A DNA stretch of 64,000 bases from Planctomycetota bacterium (GCA_043801445.1 JAZDMB010000012.1:714-64713), one strand, 5' to 3'; positions 47,591 to 58,082 are shown, counted from the stretch's first letter. Notes: a model not told the origin generated them from the sequence alone. A program made the numbers and translations.

Positions 47591-50572
47591 TTATTTATTT
47601 TGAGAATTATCGCTTGGCAATTCCTTTTTTATTTTCTCTATATTTTGTTTAGCTTGTTGCGCAGCCGGAGTTTCCCCGTATTTCTGGATTATTTGCTGAT
47701 AAAGCCAAAGCGCCATATTTAATTGTTTCTCTTTCAAGTAGCCATCAGCAACTACCATCACTTTTTCGGATTTTTGTTTATCATCGGAAACCTTTGCCTG
47801 CTGGGTTTCCGTTTTTATCGTCTGGATAATATTCTTAGCGCGCTCGGAGTATTCAGTATCCTTATACAAATTGACAATACTCTGAAACATTTTTAATGTC
47901 TTATCATATAAGGAAAAGTCTCTCATTATCCGTGCGGTTGACAATGAATCAAAAGCGTTTTGAACGCTTTCTTTAGCCTTATTTTCTAATGCATTTAATT
48001 TATCTTGAACTGCAGGAACATCATTAGGCTTTTTGTTCGACCCGGATGTAATCAAACGATATAATTTTATAGCTTCACCAAAGTTATTATTTCTCTCTGC
48101 TTCCTCAGCTTTACTCAATATCCGCTCCCAATCAGTTTGACCTGGTATTGTTGATTGCAACCCAAATTCTATCTCAAAACTTAAAGGATTCTTGGTCTTG
48201 GATGAAGGTAACGCCTTCTCGTCTTTAGGTGCCACTGCTGATGGTTGAAAAGAGTGAGCAAAATACAGCATATCTGAATCACGTGTAATCACAATGTCTA
48301 CCGGTTGTGAATATTTCAAGATAGCAATATTACTGATTAATCCGAGGTCCATTTCAGTTATCATTTTTTCACTAATCTTCTCATATAAAGATTTTTCTAT
48401 GGTTTCTCCGGCAGTGTTTAATAATCTTACATATTTTACATCTCCTATTGGCAATGAACAAACCAAGGAAAAATGTTTAGCCATAAGGGAATTATAAAGA
48501 TTAGAAGGGAAATTGTAATTTATCCCAAGTGCCGGACTGATATACGATTCCATTGAAATGTCCATTACATCCAAGGAACCCGGGTGAACTATCTGGTTTG
48601 TAAGATTAATATTCTCATTTTGCGTATGGCTTACTATTTTCCCGAGACCATAAAAACTCTGGCGTGATTCTGTGTTCTCAGGCTTAAAAACCAATTCGCC
48701 TTTCAAGTGCATTAAACGCTCTGTATCCTGTAATCTCCAGATACCTGAAGGAGCAATCGTAAGTTTATATGATTGATTAGTTAAAGTTAACTTGTCTGTT
48801 ATTATTTGAGGCAATACCCTATCCGAATAGATTTGTAATAATGAAATGTTATCGAAATAAACTTTGGCGTTTGCTCCTAAAACTACACAAGAAACCCTGA
48901 GATATTCAGTCTCTAAGGTAGGTTTAGTATTTATCTTGCAATAACGCCACTCATTAGAACTCGATATAAAATCAGAGTAATCCTCCCTAATCACTTGATA
49001 CTCATCATCAAGCCAGGTAATCTTATAGCCTGATAACGATTTCTTAAACTGGTCTGATTTTATCCATCCGCCAAAATTATATATTTCGCTAGGATTAGTT
49101 TTTGCTTTTGCCGGCACTCTGAAAATGGAATTATAGGTTAACTCGGTATAGAATTCCTTGCTATTATCCTTTTCTATCATAAGTGAATGCTGGCCATCCT
49201 GATATTCCCTATCGGTAACGATTGCTTTAATAGTGCTATCTGAAAGAGGCTGCCAGCCATTGGGGAACATTGCCGGACGACTGAATTGTTCAAACGATGC
49301 CCCATCCGCAACAAGATTCACCTTTTGATTCATCCCTTCTTTCATCTTGATATAACCATACACCAATATTGCACCGCTTATCAATATTATAATAGCGGCT
49401 TTTGATAATAACGCGAAAATATTTCTGTAAGGAGTACTGATAAATTCCTCAGCCGGTGATGATGCGTAAATTACCATCGGCTTTTCCTTAACCAATTCTT
49501 TCCCGAAGATTATTACGGCATCACCGATTTCTATCTCATCGCCGATTTCCAATTTCCTCTCTTTAATTCTGTTATCATGGAAATAGATACCGTTATGGCT
49601 GTCTAAATCAACGATAACATAACCATCAGGAGTTTTTCTTATCTGGGCATGCGAACGCGAAACACCTTTATCGTCTAAAACCACCTCATTTTTCTTGTCC
49701 CGCCCGATTGAAATGACATCCTTGTCCAATTGAAGTGTTTTGGTTGCATCACCTTCTTTTATAATTATTTGTGCCTCGGAAGTTGAAACCGGTCTTTCTT
49801 CGAGTTTCTCTTTACCTTTCTCTTTCTCTAATTCTTTCCCAAAGATAATTGTCGCCTTACCGATTTTTATCTCATCGCCGATTTCCAATTTTCTCTCTTT
49901 AATTCTGCTATCATGGAAATAGATACCGTTATGGCTATCCAAATCAACGATAACATAACCATCAGGAGTTTTTCTTATCTGGGCATGTACACGCGACACA
50001 CCTTTATCCTCTAAAACAGCCTCGTTTTTGCTGCTCCGCCCGATGGATATGCTATCCTTATCCAATTTAATTGTTTTAGAAGAAGTGCCTTCTTTTATGA
50101 TTATTTGTGCCACAGGACCAGGACCCGAAGATGGCTGTCCGTCACCACTCGGCTGTTCTTCGCCCTTACGGGACTGCTCCGCCGCCGCCTGTGGCGAGCC
50201 TAGCCCATCGGGGCTGGAAGATAGTCCGTCAGGAATGCCACTCTGCCGCTCCGGAACAGCGGAGGATGACTTTCCTTCGGCTGTCTCCGAGCCTTTCTCA
50301 AAGATAATTGTCGCCTTACCGATTTTTATTTCATCGCCGGCTTCTAATTTCCTTTCCTTAATCTTGTTATCATGAAAATAGATGCCATCAGGACTATCCA
50401 AATCAACGATAACGTAACCATCAATAGTTTTTATTATCCGGGCGTGGACATCCGAAACACCGCTATCTCCCAAAACCACTTCATTTTTGCTGTCTCGCCC
50501 GATTGAAATGACATCCTTATCCAGTTGAAGTGTTTTGGTTGCGTCACCTTCTTTTATAATTATCTGTGCCAT
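47591..50572 (-). CDS. triple-FHA-domain transmembrane protein with periplasmic jelly-roll-like and TPR-like regions
   Basis: Three ~95-aa near-identical FHA units ('AQIIIKEG...K...L.KD.ISIGR..KNE.VL.D.GVSR.HA.I.KT.DGYVIVDLDS.NGIYFHD..IKERKLE.GDEI.IG.A.IIF'). One TM helix. The C-terminal ~570 aa is extracytoplasmic. Start is uncertain (ATG 50572 or TTG 50587; neither has an SD). Confidence 0.85.
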   Translation of the reverse strand: MAQIIIKEGDATKTLQLDKDVISIGRDSKNEVVLGDSGVSDVHARIIKTIDGYVIVDLDSPDGIYFHDNKIKERKLEAGDEIKIGKATIIFEKGSETAEGKSSSAVPERQSGIPDGLSSSPDGLGSPQAAAEQSRKGEEQPSGDGQPSSGPGPVAQIIIKEGTSSKTIKLDKDSISIGRSSKNEAVLEDKGVSRVHAQIRKTPDGYVIVDLDSHNGIYFHDSRIKERKLEIGDEIKIGKATIIFGKELEKEKGKEKLEERPVSTSEAQIIIKEGDATKTLQLDKDVISIGRDKKNEVVLDDKGVSRSHAQIRKTPDGYVIVDLDSHNGIYFHDNRIKERKLEIGDEIEIGDAVIIFGKELVKEKPMVIYASSPAEEFISTPYRNIFALLSKAAIIILISGAILVYGYIKMKEGMNQKVNLVADGASFEQFSRPAMFPNGWQPLSDSTIKAIVTDREYQDGQHSLMIEKDNSKEFYTELTYNSIFRVPAKAKTNPSEIYNFGGWIKSDQFKKSLSGYKITWLDDEYQVIREDYSDFISSSNEWRYCKINTKPTLETEYLRVSCVVLGANAKVYFDNISLLQIYSDRVLPQIITDKLTLTNQSYKLTIAPSGIWRLQDTERLMHLKGELVFKPENTESRQSFYGLGKIVSHTQNENINLTNQIVHPGSLDVMDISMESYISPALGINYNFPSNLYNSLMAKHFSLVCSLPIGDVKYVRLLNTAGETIEKSLYEKISEKMITEMDLGLISNIAILKYSQPVDIVITRDSDMLYFAHSFQPSAVAPKDEKALPSSKTKNPLSFEIEFGLQSTIPGQTDWERILSKAEEAERNNNFGEAIKLYRLITSGSNKKPNDVPAVQDKLNALENKAKESVQNAFDSLSTARIMRDFSLYDKTLKMFQSIVNLYKDTEYSERAKNIIQTIKTETQQAKVSDDKQKSEKVMVVADGYLKEKQLNMALWLYQQIIQKYGETPAAQQAKQNIEKIKKELPSDNSQNK

Positions 50573-50761
50573 AAAAAATAATTGCAATTACCCTATTCTT
50601 TGTCCACTTGTTCTAAGGATATAATAGCTTTTATTGTATGATTTATATTTATTTTGCCAAGAAAAACATTATTTTTTATATTATTATATTCTTGAAAACA
50701 CTGCCTGATTTTTATATACTTCTATGAATATTTATTAACCAAGTAATGAAAGGAGTTAGTT

Positions 50762-51766
50762 ATGACAGGAAAAAACATAGTCAAAATCGGCGCAATCTTA
50801 ATGGTCGCACTTATGTTAAATATCTCTCAACTAACTTATAGCAAGGAGGAAAAACAAATGCCTAACCCACCGCTCAAACTGACTATATCTTCTCCTCAAA
50901 CAGAAGTGGTTATCGGCGATTGGATTCAGATTGACTTAACACTTGCCAATACGACCGATATGGATATGAGGGTGGTAAAACCGGTTATTGATATTGATTC
51001 TATTTCATTCCAAATAAAAAATACTCCCCTATCGGATAAAGAAAAAGCTTGGAGTTTTATTTATTCCACCATTACGCCATCGGTTTATGAGCATAAAAAG
51101 GATACTATGGAGAAAATCACCATTGCAACTAAATCGGAATTCAAAACCAAGTTTAATATACCGGCTTTAGTCCTTGCCTCATGGCAGATTAAGGCTTCTT
51201 ATCAGGGTGGCTCAGGAATAGTTTCATCCGAACTATTGGATTTCAAAATCATACCGCCTAAATCGGAAAAAGCCGATGAGGTTATTAATGACGGAGAATT
51301 AACCGCAACTATAGAAACATCAAAAGGCACAATGTCCTGCAGATTCTTCTTTAATGCCGCGCCCAATACTATGCTTAATTTCGTAAAATCAGCCAAAGAT
51401 GGATTTTACAATAATCTTATCTTCCACAGGATTATTAAAGGGTTTATGATTCAGGGCGGATGCCCTCAAGGAACCGGAACGGGCGGACCGGGTTATTCCA
51501 TTAAAGCTGAATTTAATAAGAATAAGCATCTGAAGGGAATCCTATCTATGGCGCGAAGTACCAGCAATGACAGCGCCGGCAGCCAATTCTTCATCTGTTT
51601 AGCGCCCGCACCATCATTAGATAATCAATACACTGCCTTTGGAGAACTATTGGAAGGTAAAGATGTTTTAGATGCTATCGGCTCTGTGAAAACCGGAGCC
51701 AGCGACAGACCTGTAGAAAATGTTACAATAAAAAAGATATCCGTCGGCTTTAAAGCAAAGAAGTAA
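50762..51766 (+). CDS. secreted cyclophilin-type peptidyl-prolyl isomerase with N-terminal beta-rich domain
   Basis: Signal/anchor, then a ~160-aa unknown domain, then the cyclophilin core 'FHRII.GFMIQGG.P.GTGTGGPGY.I..EF......H..G.LSMAR.....SAGSQFFI'. Confidence 0.9.
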   Translation: MTGKNIVKIGAILMVALMLNISQLTYSKEEKQMPNPPLKLTISSPQTEVVIGDWIQIDLTLANTTDMDMRVVKPVIDIDSISFQIKNTPLSDKEKAWSFIYSTITPSVYEHKKDTMEKITIATKSEFKTKFNIPALVLASWQIKASYQGGSGIVSSELLDFKIIPPKSEKADEVINDGELTATIETSKGTMSCRFFFNAAPNTMLNFVKSAKDGFYNNLIFHRIIKGFMIQGGCPQGTGTGGPGYSIKAEFNKNKHLKGILSMARSTSNDSAGSQFFICLAPAPSLDNQYTAFGELLEGKDVLDAIGSVKTGASDRPVENVTIKKISVGFKAKK

Positions 51767-51856
51767 AACACGAATGGCACGAATGCGACGAATAGCACGA
51801 ATATTAAAATATAATCTCTTATTCGTGAGATTCGTTTTATTCGTGTGATTCGTGTT
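51767..51856. repeat. CACGAAT-word long hairpin element (empty)
   Basis: AACACGAATGGCACGAATGCGACGAATAGCACGAAT ... ATTCGTGAGATTCGTTTTATTCGTGTGATTCGTGTT. The termini are shared with the copy at 1144-1241. Confidence 0.85.
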
Positions 51857-51876
51857 CTTATGGAGCATTCCCCAAG

Positions 51877-52803
51877 ATGACCAAATTAAAGATATGGGCT
51901 AAGGCAATCCGGGCGCCTTTTTATACAGCCACCATTATCCCTATCGTCTTGGGCGCGGTTATCGGCTGGTCTGAAATCGGCATCTTCCACTGGGGCTATT
52001 TCCTGCTAGCTTTTATCGGCGGCATTCTCATCCATACCGGTGTCAATTTAGGCAACGACTATTTTGACCACGTCTCGCGTAACGATTGGAACAACCAAAC
52101 CCCGACCCCATTTTCCGGAGGCAGCCGCTTTATCCAGAATAATATACTCAAACCATACCAATACCTGGTCGCCTCGCTGATTTGCTTCGCATCAGGCTCC
52201 CTAATCGGACTATATCTTAACTATGTTCTGGCTGGAAATATGATACTTTATCTCGGAATCATCGGCGTATTCCTCGGATTCTTCTACACTGCCACGCCTA
52301 TAAAGATTGGCTACAGAGGATTCGGGCTGGGTGAATTAGCCGTCGGCTTAGGATTCGGTCCGATAATGGTTTTAGGCAGTTATTATGTCCAGACCCAGCA
52401 TCTATCACTAATCCCGTTATTGGCATCCATACCGGTAATGATTCTGATTGCCTTAGTCGTCTATATAAACGAATTCCCGGATTATGAAGCGGATAAATCG
52501 GTCAACAAAATAACCATCCCGGTAATGTTAGGCAAAGAAAGAGCATCCTACATATTTTACGGATTACTTCTGACAACCTATTTGTATACGACAATATTTG
52601 TTATCCTGGGCATATTCCCGTTATTTGCATTAATCACCCTATTAACACTGCCATTAGCCATAAAAGCCATCAAGGTAACCGAAGCGAATAAAGACAAGGT
52701 ATACGAATTACTCCCGGCCAACGCATCAACTATTATGACCCATTTTGCCTTTGGCGCCTGCCTTATCATTGCCTATATCATAGATAAATTAGTTTTATTA
52801 TAA
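51877..52803 (+). CDS. UbiA-family prenyltransferase, MenA-like (1,4-dihydroxy-2-naphthoate prenyltransferase)
   Basis: 8-9 TM helices, first Asp-rich motif 'NLGNDYFD', second 'N.FPDYEAD'. The MenA versus other UbiA subfamily call is inference. Confidence 0.75.
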   Translation: MTKLKIWAKAIRAPFYTATIIPIVLGAVIGWSEIGIFHWGYFLLAFIGGILIHTGVNLGNDYFDHVSRNDWNNQTPTPFSGGSRFIQNNILKPYQYLVASLICFASGSLIGLYLNYVLAGNMILYLGIIGVFLGFFYTATPIKIGYRGFGLGELAVGLGFGPIMVLGSYYVQTQHLSLIPLLASIPVMILIALVVYINEFPDYEADKSVNKITIPVMLGKERASYIFYGLLLTTYLYTTIFVILGIFPLFALITLLTLPLAIKAIKVTEANKDKVYELLPANASTIMTHFAFGACLIIAYIIDKLVLL

Positions 52804-52842
52804 TGGTGGATTTTATTAATTCTCTACGAGAGTATAACCTAA

Positions 52843-54324
52843 TTAAATATCAATCTGCGCTTTTTGGAGCCTGCCGCTGAAATCAACGTATATGACTTTC
52901 CATTCCGAGAAAACGTCTAATGCGGCATTACCGGCTTCTCGATGCCCGTTCCCGGTTTGATTCGTCCCGCCGAAAGGCAGATGAACCTCTGCTCCGATAG
53001 TCGGCGCATTAACGTAAAAAAGACCGGTATAAACATCCCTCATCGCCACAAAGGCTTTATTTACATCCTGCGTATAGATTGAAGCGGAAAGACCATAAAT
53101 AGTATCATTGCAGATTTCTATGGCATTCTGCAGATTATCGCATGGAATTATCGAAACGATTGGACCGAATATCTCTTCCTGCGCAACTCTCATTTTCGGA
53201 TGGACATCCCCAAAAATAGTAGGTTCGTGGAAAAATCCGTATTTATAACTTCCCAAAATCAAACAGTTACCGCCGGCCAATAATTTGGCGCCTTCTGCCT
53301 TTCCGATTTTAACGTAATTCATTACGGTATTAAGCTGGTCTTCATTTACCGATGGCCCCATTTCGGTTGTTGGATTAAGCCCATCGCCGACCTTTAATGC
53401 CTTTGCGCGGGCAACAAACTTCCGGGTAAACTCTTTCAGGACTTTTTTATGGACAATAATGCGTGAAGCAGCCGTGCATCTCTGGCCGGTCGTGCCGAAT
53501 CCGCCCCAGATTGCCCCATCCACTGCTAAATCTATATTAGCATCATCCATCACCATAATAGCGTTTTTGCCGCCCATCTCCAGATTGGTATGCTTGAATG
53601 TCGGGGCACAGGTTTCCACTATAGTTTTTCCTATTTCGGTTGAACCTGTAAAAGAAACCAGTTTTACATCAGAAGATTCCATTAACGGCATTCCGACTTC
53701 TCCGCCTGAACCGGTTACAAAATTCACTACGCCTTTAGGTATTCCGGCTTCTTCGCATGCCTTGACTAAATTATAAGATGAAAGCGGCGTATCCGTTGCC
53801 GGTTTAAGAACCACTGTATTCCCGCAGACCAATGCCGGCATAAGTTTCCATGACGGAATTGCCATAGGAAAATTCCAGGGCGTTATCAGGGCGCAAACGC
53901 CCATCGGCATCCTGACCGACATAGCAAATTTATTCTCTAATTCAGATGGCGTTGTCTGCCCGAACTGCCGCCTGCCCTCGCCAGCCATATAATAAGTCAT
54001 ATCAATGGCTTCCTGCACGTCGCCTCTCGTTTCCTTTAAGACCTTGCCCATTTCCCGGGTCATTTCGCGGGCATACTCTTCTTTCCGCTTGATTAATATC
54101 TCACCTGCCTTGAAAAGCAGTTCTGCCCGGCGTGGTGCGGGAACCAAACGCCACTTTTTATATGCCTCTCTGGCACTGGCGATTGCCATCCGGACATCTG
54201 CTTCCGATGACTTCTGGAAAACGCCTAAAACCTCTCTGGTATCTGCCGGATTCCTATTCTCAAAAGTCCGCCCTGATTTTGATTCAATCCATTCGCCGTT
54301 AATATAGTTTTTATAGGTCTTCAT
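52843..54324 (-). CDS. NAD(P)-dependent aldehyde dehydrogenase
   Basis: 'FTGSTEIGK', 'LEMGGKNA', 'GQRCTAASR', 'EEIFGPI'. The ATG at 54324 ([12 protein letters not shown]) is preferred over the track start at 54363. Confidence 0.9.
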   Translation of the reverse strand: MKTYKNYINGEWIESKSGRTFENRNPADTREVLGVFQKSSEADVRMAIASAREAYKKWRLVPAPRRAELLFKAGEILIKRKEEYAREMTREMGKVLKETRGDVQEAIDMTYYMAGEGRRQFGQTTPSELENKFAMSVRMPMGVCALITPWNFPMAIPSWKLMPALVCGNTVVLKPATDTPLSSYNLVKACEEAGIPKGVVNFVTGSGGEVGMPLMESSDVKLVSFTGSTEIGKTIVETCAPTFKHTNLEMGGKNAIMVMDDANIDLAVDGAIWGGFGTTGQRCTAASRIIVHKKVLKEFTRKFVARAKALKVGDGLNPTTEMGPSVNEDQLNTVMNYVKIGKAEGAKLLAGGNCLILGSYKYGFFHEPTIFGDVHPKMRVAQEEIFGPIVSIIPCDNLQNAIEICNDTIYGLSASIYTQDVNKAFVAMRDVYTGLFYVNAPTIGAEVHLPFGGTNQTGNGHREAGNAALDVFSEWKVIYVDFSGRLQKAQIDI

Positions 54325-54839
54325 ATGCGCACACTCCATTTTTCGGTTACTTAAAACTGTCAATATGCACCATTATGCATACAGTATAACAATTGTCAAG
54401 ATATTGAGAATTATTACTTATGTCCCCCGAACCCCGCTGAATTCGCCGAATTACGAACAATGAATGGCTAAATCTGGAGATGGTGGAATAATAAATCTTC
54501 CTAAAAATTAGATATTTTTCTTGACTGATAAATATTTTTGCTATATTAATCGTGTAGAAATAAGAAAAGGGAATCCGTTTGGTTTAATATAATTCCGAAT
54601 AAATAAATGCTACATCTACAATCATCACTATCTTTTTATCAATTCAAGGAAGGATTCACCTGAGCACCCTACCTACAATTATAGCCGGCGGTTATAATGC
54701 AACCCTGATTCGCAGATTTATTTTCTAAAATATTATCCGTCCTAAAGATTATCGCCGTATCTTACCTGCCCGAATGAATCGGTCAGGCGGGTCGGTAACT
54801 ATGCTTTTTAATGATATCTAAATAAAAGGAGTTGATTTT

Positions 54840-55913
54840 ATGAGAAAAGAACTAAATTTAATCATTTTTACGGGCATCTTTATTGGAATAGCTGCGATAA
54901 CCTTAGTATTACTTGGGAATCCTCAAAATATGGGATTTTGTATTGCGTGTTTCCAGCGGGATATTGTAGGAGCAATTGGCTTGAACGATTTTCGTGAGAT
55001 GGCTTGGATTCGTCCGGAAATATTAGGTATTTTACTGGGGGCTTTTCTTGCTGCTTTTTTTACTAAAGAGTTCAAACCCGAAGGCGGTTCATCGCCGATA
55101 TCTCGTTTTCTATTAGGTATGTTTGTGATGATAGGCGCCTTAGTATTCCTGGGATGTCCACTTCGTATGATTCTCCGACTCGGTGGTGGTGACCTCAATG
55201 CAGTAGTGGCGTTGTTCGGGTTTACAGGAGGAATTATTGTCGGTGTGATTCTCCTCAAAAAGGGTTTCCATTTAGGAAAAACGCAGAAACAATGGGAAGT
55301 AGAGTCATTAGTTATGCCCGCAATTATGTTGGGGTTATTGGCACTTCTAATTTTCCTTCCTGTTTTCAAGACGGGCGGGCCTATTTTCGTGGGAACCAAA
55401 GGACATCCGGGTTGCTCTGGGACACCCATCAGCCAGAGTATCGGAATTGTGATTTCACTGGCAATTGGTCTTGTCGTGGGAGGACTTGCCCAACGGTCAC
55501 GTTTATGCCTGGCCGGCGGTATCAGGGATTTGATATTGGTTCGTAGCGGACTTTTAATATCAGGTTTTATCGCTATTTTGCTGGTAACCCTTATCGGTAA
55601 CATCATCTTCGGAAGTTTCCATCTTGGTTTTGAGAATCAGCCGATTGCCAATACAGCGCATCTGTGGAATTTTCTGGGGATGGCACTCGTTGGAGTAGGC
55701 TCAACATTACTGGGTGGTTGCCCACTAAGACAACTTATTCTGGCAGGCAATGGGAATACCGATTCCGCCCTGACAATTATAGGTATGTTCGCTGGTGCCG
55801 CAATCGCGCATAATTTTGGATTGGTAAAAGCCGTATCAGTCTATGGTCAAGGCGCGGTAATTTTGGGGTTATTAGCGGTTATCGTTATCGGGTTCGTAAA
55901 TCGAGAAAAATGA
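54840..55913 (+). CDS. YedE/YeeE-family membrane protein (putative S/Se transporter)
   Basis: Polytopic, with the paired conserved Cys motifs of this family ('MGFCIACFQRD' and 'RSRLCLAGGIRD'). Followed by TusA-like, cysteine desulfurase and DUF3343 genes. Confidence 0.8.
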   Translation: MRKELNLIIFTGIFIGIAAITLVLLGNPQNMGFCIACFQRDIVGAIGLNDFREMAWIRPEILGILLGAFLAAFFTKEFKPEGGSSPISRFLLGMFVMIGALVFLGCPLRMILRLGGGDLNAVVALFGFTGGIIVGVILLKKGFHLGKTQKQWEVESLVMPAIMLGLLALLIFLPVFKTGGPIFVGTKGHPGCSGTPISQSIGIVISLAIGLVVGGLAQRSRLCLAGGIRDLILVRSGLLISGFIAILLVTLIGNIIFGSFHLGFENQPIANTAHLWNFLGMALVGVGSTLLGGCPLRQLILAGNGNTDSALTIIGMFAGAAIAHNFGLVKAVSVYGQGAVILGLLAVIVIGFVNREK

Positions 55914-55959
55914 CAGTATGAAATGGTTTTTACTACTCTAAAAATAGGAGGTATTAAAG

Positions 55960-56181
55960 ATGATAGAAGTTGATGCTCGTGGTTTATCCTGTCCTATTCC
56001 CGTTGTGAAAACCTTGAAAGCTATTAATAAAAACCCTGAGTCTGAAATTATTGTTTTGCTAAACGACACGGTTGCTAAAGAAAATGTATTAAGATTAGCT
56101 AAAAGTAAAGGATACTCAGTTAAATTAGAACATGTTAATGACGAGTTTCGTTTAATATTGAAACCTATAAAAATAGCATGA
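55960..56181 (+). CDS. TusA/SirA/YedF-like sulfur(selenium)-carrier protein
   Basis: 73 aa with 'DARGLSCPIPVVKT' (CPxP active-site motif). Confidence 0.85.
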   Translation: MIEVDARGLSCPIPVVKTLKAINKNPESEIIVLLNDTVAKENVLRLAKSKGYSVKLEHVNDEFRLILKPIKIA

Positions 56182-57326
56182 AAAAGGCAGTCTATTTTGA
56201 TAATGCGGCAACTTCCTGGCCTAAACCGGATTGTGTTTATGAAGCAATGAACTACTTTATGAAAGAAGTAGGAGCCAATCCGGGAAGGTCCGGTCATTCG
56301 AAATCAATTGAAGCTGCCCGTACTGTTCATAATACACGCGAGACTATTGCCCGATTGTTTAATGTCAAAGATTCGTCTCAGGTAATCTTTACACTGAACG
56401 CCACTCACGCCCTTAATCTTGTATTTAAAGGTATACTTCATACGGGAGACCATGTTCTGACTACCTCAATGGAACATAATTCGGTAATGAGACCTTTACG
56501 CTATCTGGAAAAGACTATCGGGATAGAAATAACCACTCTGCAATGTTTACCGGACGGTCATTTACCGTTAGAATCACTTGAGAAAAATATTAAAGGAAAT
56601 ACCAAGCTTATCGCGGTTACTCATGCCTCTAATGTTACCGGCACATTGATGCCTATCCGTGAGATAGGAGAAATCAGCCGTCGTTATGGTGCATTATTTC
56701 TTGTTGATGCGGCACAGACCGCCGGAGTTATTCCTTTAGATATGGTGGAGCAAAACATTGACTTGCTTATCTTCACCGGCCACAAATCGTTAATGGGGCC
56801 AACAGGAACCGGTGGAGTTTGTATGGGCAAGCCGGTAGAAATGGCTCCTTTAATACACGGAGGAACGGGAAGTAACTCCGAGTTTGATATTCAGCCTGAA
56901 TGGCTGCCGGATAAATTTGAGAGCGGAACGCTGAATACGGTAGGTATTGCCGGGCTCGGCGCGGGTATAAAATTTATACAGGAAACCGGAATAAATAAAA
57001 TCAGAGAACGCGAAAAAGCGCTGACTAAACGGTTACTTGAAGGATTGTCAATTATCAAAGGAATAAAACTTTATGGACCATCTGATGCCAAGAAACAGAT
57101 AGCCGTAGTTTCTTTTAATATTGAAACTTCAAGTCTCAGCGATGTTGGATATGTCCTGGATAGAGAATATGGTATTATGGCGCGGATAGGATTACAATGC
57201 GCGCCTATCGCACATAAAACTATCGGAACATTCCCAAAAGGGACAATCAGGTTTAGTTTAAATTATTTTAATAGTTTTGATGAAGTGGATTATGCGATTG
57301 ATGTTATTAGAAAAATAATAGCGTAG
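56178..57326 (+). CDS. class-V aminotransferase, cysteine desulfurase / selenocysteine-lyase-like
   Basis: PLP-Lys context 'FTGHKSLMGPTGTGG', 'THASNVTG', and a C-terminal Cys 'GLQCAP'. Confidence 0.88.
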   Translation: MKKAVYFDNAATSWPKPDCVYEAMNYFMKEVGANPGRSGHSKSIEAARTVHNTRETIARLFNVKDSSQVIFTLNATHALNLVFKGILHTGDHVLTTSMEHNSVMRPLRYLEKTIGIEITTLQCLPDGHLPLESLEKNIKGNTKLIAVTHASNVTGTLMPIREIGEISRRYGALFLVDAAQTAGVIPLDMVEQNIDLLIFTGHKSLMGPTGTGGVCMGKPVEMAPLIHGGTGSNSEFDIQPEWLPDKFESGTLNTVGIAGLGAGIKFIQETGINKIREREKALTKRLLEGLSIIKGIKLYGPSDAKKQIAVVSFNIETSSLSDVGYVLDREYGIMARIGLQCAPIAHKTIGTFPKGTIRFSLNYFNSFDEVDYAIDVIRKIIA

Positions 57327-57343
57327 ACAAGGAGATATTTAAG

Positions 57344-57574
57344 TTGAAATCATTTTGCCTGATAACTTTTTATACCACACACGATGTCTTAAAGGCAGAA
57401 AAGGTTCTTATGAATAGTAACCTTAAAATAGAACTGATTCCGGTTCCCAGGGAATTCAGCGCTAATTGCGGAATCTCAATGTCCTTATCCTGGGAAAAGA
57501 AAGATACTGCCGTAGATATTCTTAAGAATAATAGCATTCAAATAGAAAATGTTTACCAGTGGAATAGAGATTAA
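57344..57574 (+). CDS. DUF3343-like putative Se/S carrier protein
   Basis: 76 aa with '...F.....A..AEK.L.........PVPRE.S..CG.S', the typical partner of YedE/YedF-type operons. TTG start with AAGGAG upstream. Confidence 0.7.
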   Translation: MKSFCLITFYTTHDVLKAEKVLMNSNLKIELIPVPREFSANCGISMSLSWEKKDTAVDILKNNSIQIENVYQWNRD

Positions 57575-57875
57575 AACAGTCCTGTACAATGAAGTGATGA
57601 CGCACCACCCGGATGGGAAATCTTATTATTTCGGATTTTGATGAAAATATTTATGGGCTAAATAAGATGACAGGTATGAATGCCTAATAATTATTTTCAA
57701 ATAATTCTCAAAAATAATAAACCACCCTGCCCTTTTTTCGTTTATATATGATAATAACTATCGCCCCCGACATTCGTCGGGATAACTGGCTGTAACAACC
57801 ATAGGTCTAACAGCCAGATAAGAAAGGAGGTGTGTAATTAACAACACGAAGAACAACGAATCCCTACGGGAGGCA

Positions 57876-58082
57876 GTGCTCTGGCTAAACCTGGAGATGG
57901 TAGAATCCAAACTTATTACTTTGTTCAGGGAACTGATTAACCATCCCGGCTTTGGCGAACTTCGGGTGGATGTAAAGATATTGAGAAAAGGTAAAAAGGA
58001 AGTGGTATTGTCATCCGGTAAACAATACCGCTTTATCCTTAAACCGGCAGTGGTCAGGACAGACGAAAGAAAAATCGTCTAA
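57876..58082 (+). CDS. small DUF2292(YezD)-like protein
   Basis: '...L..LI.HPGFGEL.V.V.........VVLSSGKQYRF' resembles the YezD-type small beta protein. Start is uncertain: GTG 57876, ATG 57897, or a non-canonical ATT at 57837 placed 6 nt after a 12-nt SD. Confidence 0.55.
   Translation: MLWLNLEMVESKLITLFRELINHPGFGELRVDVKILRKGKKEVVLSSGKQYRFILKPAVVRTDERKIV

Noticed and set aside
54560-54640. Possible cobalamin riboswitch fragment (AAAAGGGAATCCG...AATTCCG) in the YedE leader
   Set aside because: Only a short resemblance to the AGGGAA/GGTG region is present. I could not find the B12 box or the GCCACTG element, and the downstream GC hairpin is a generic repeat.
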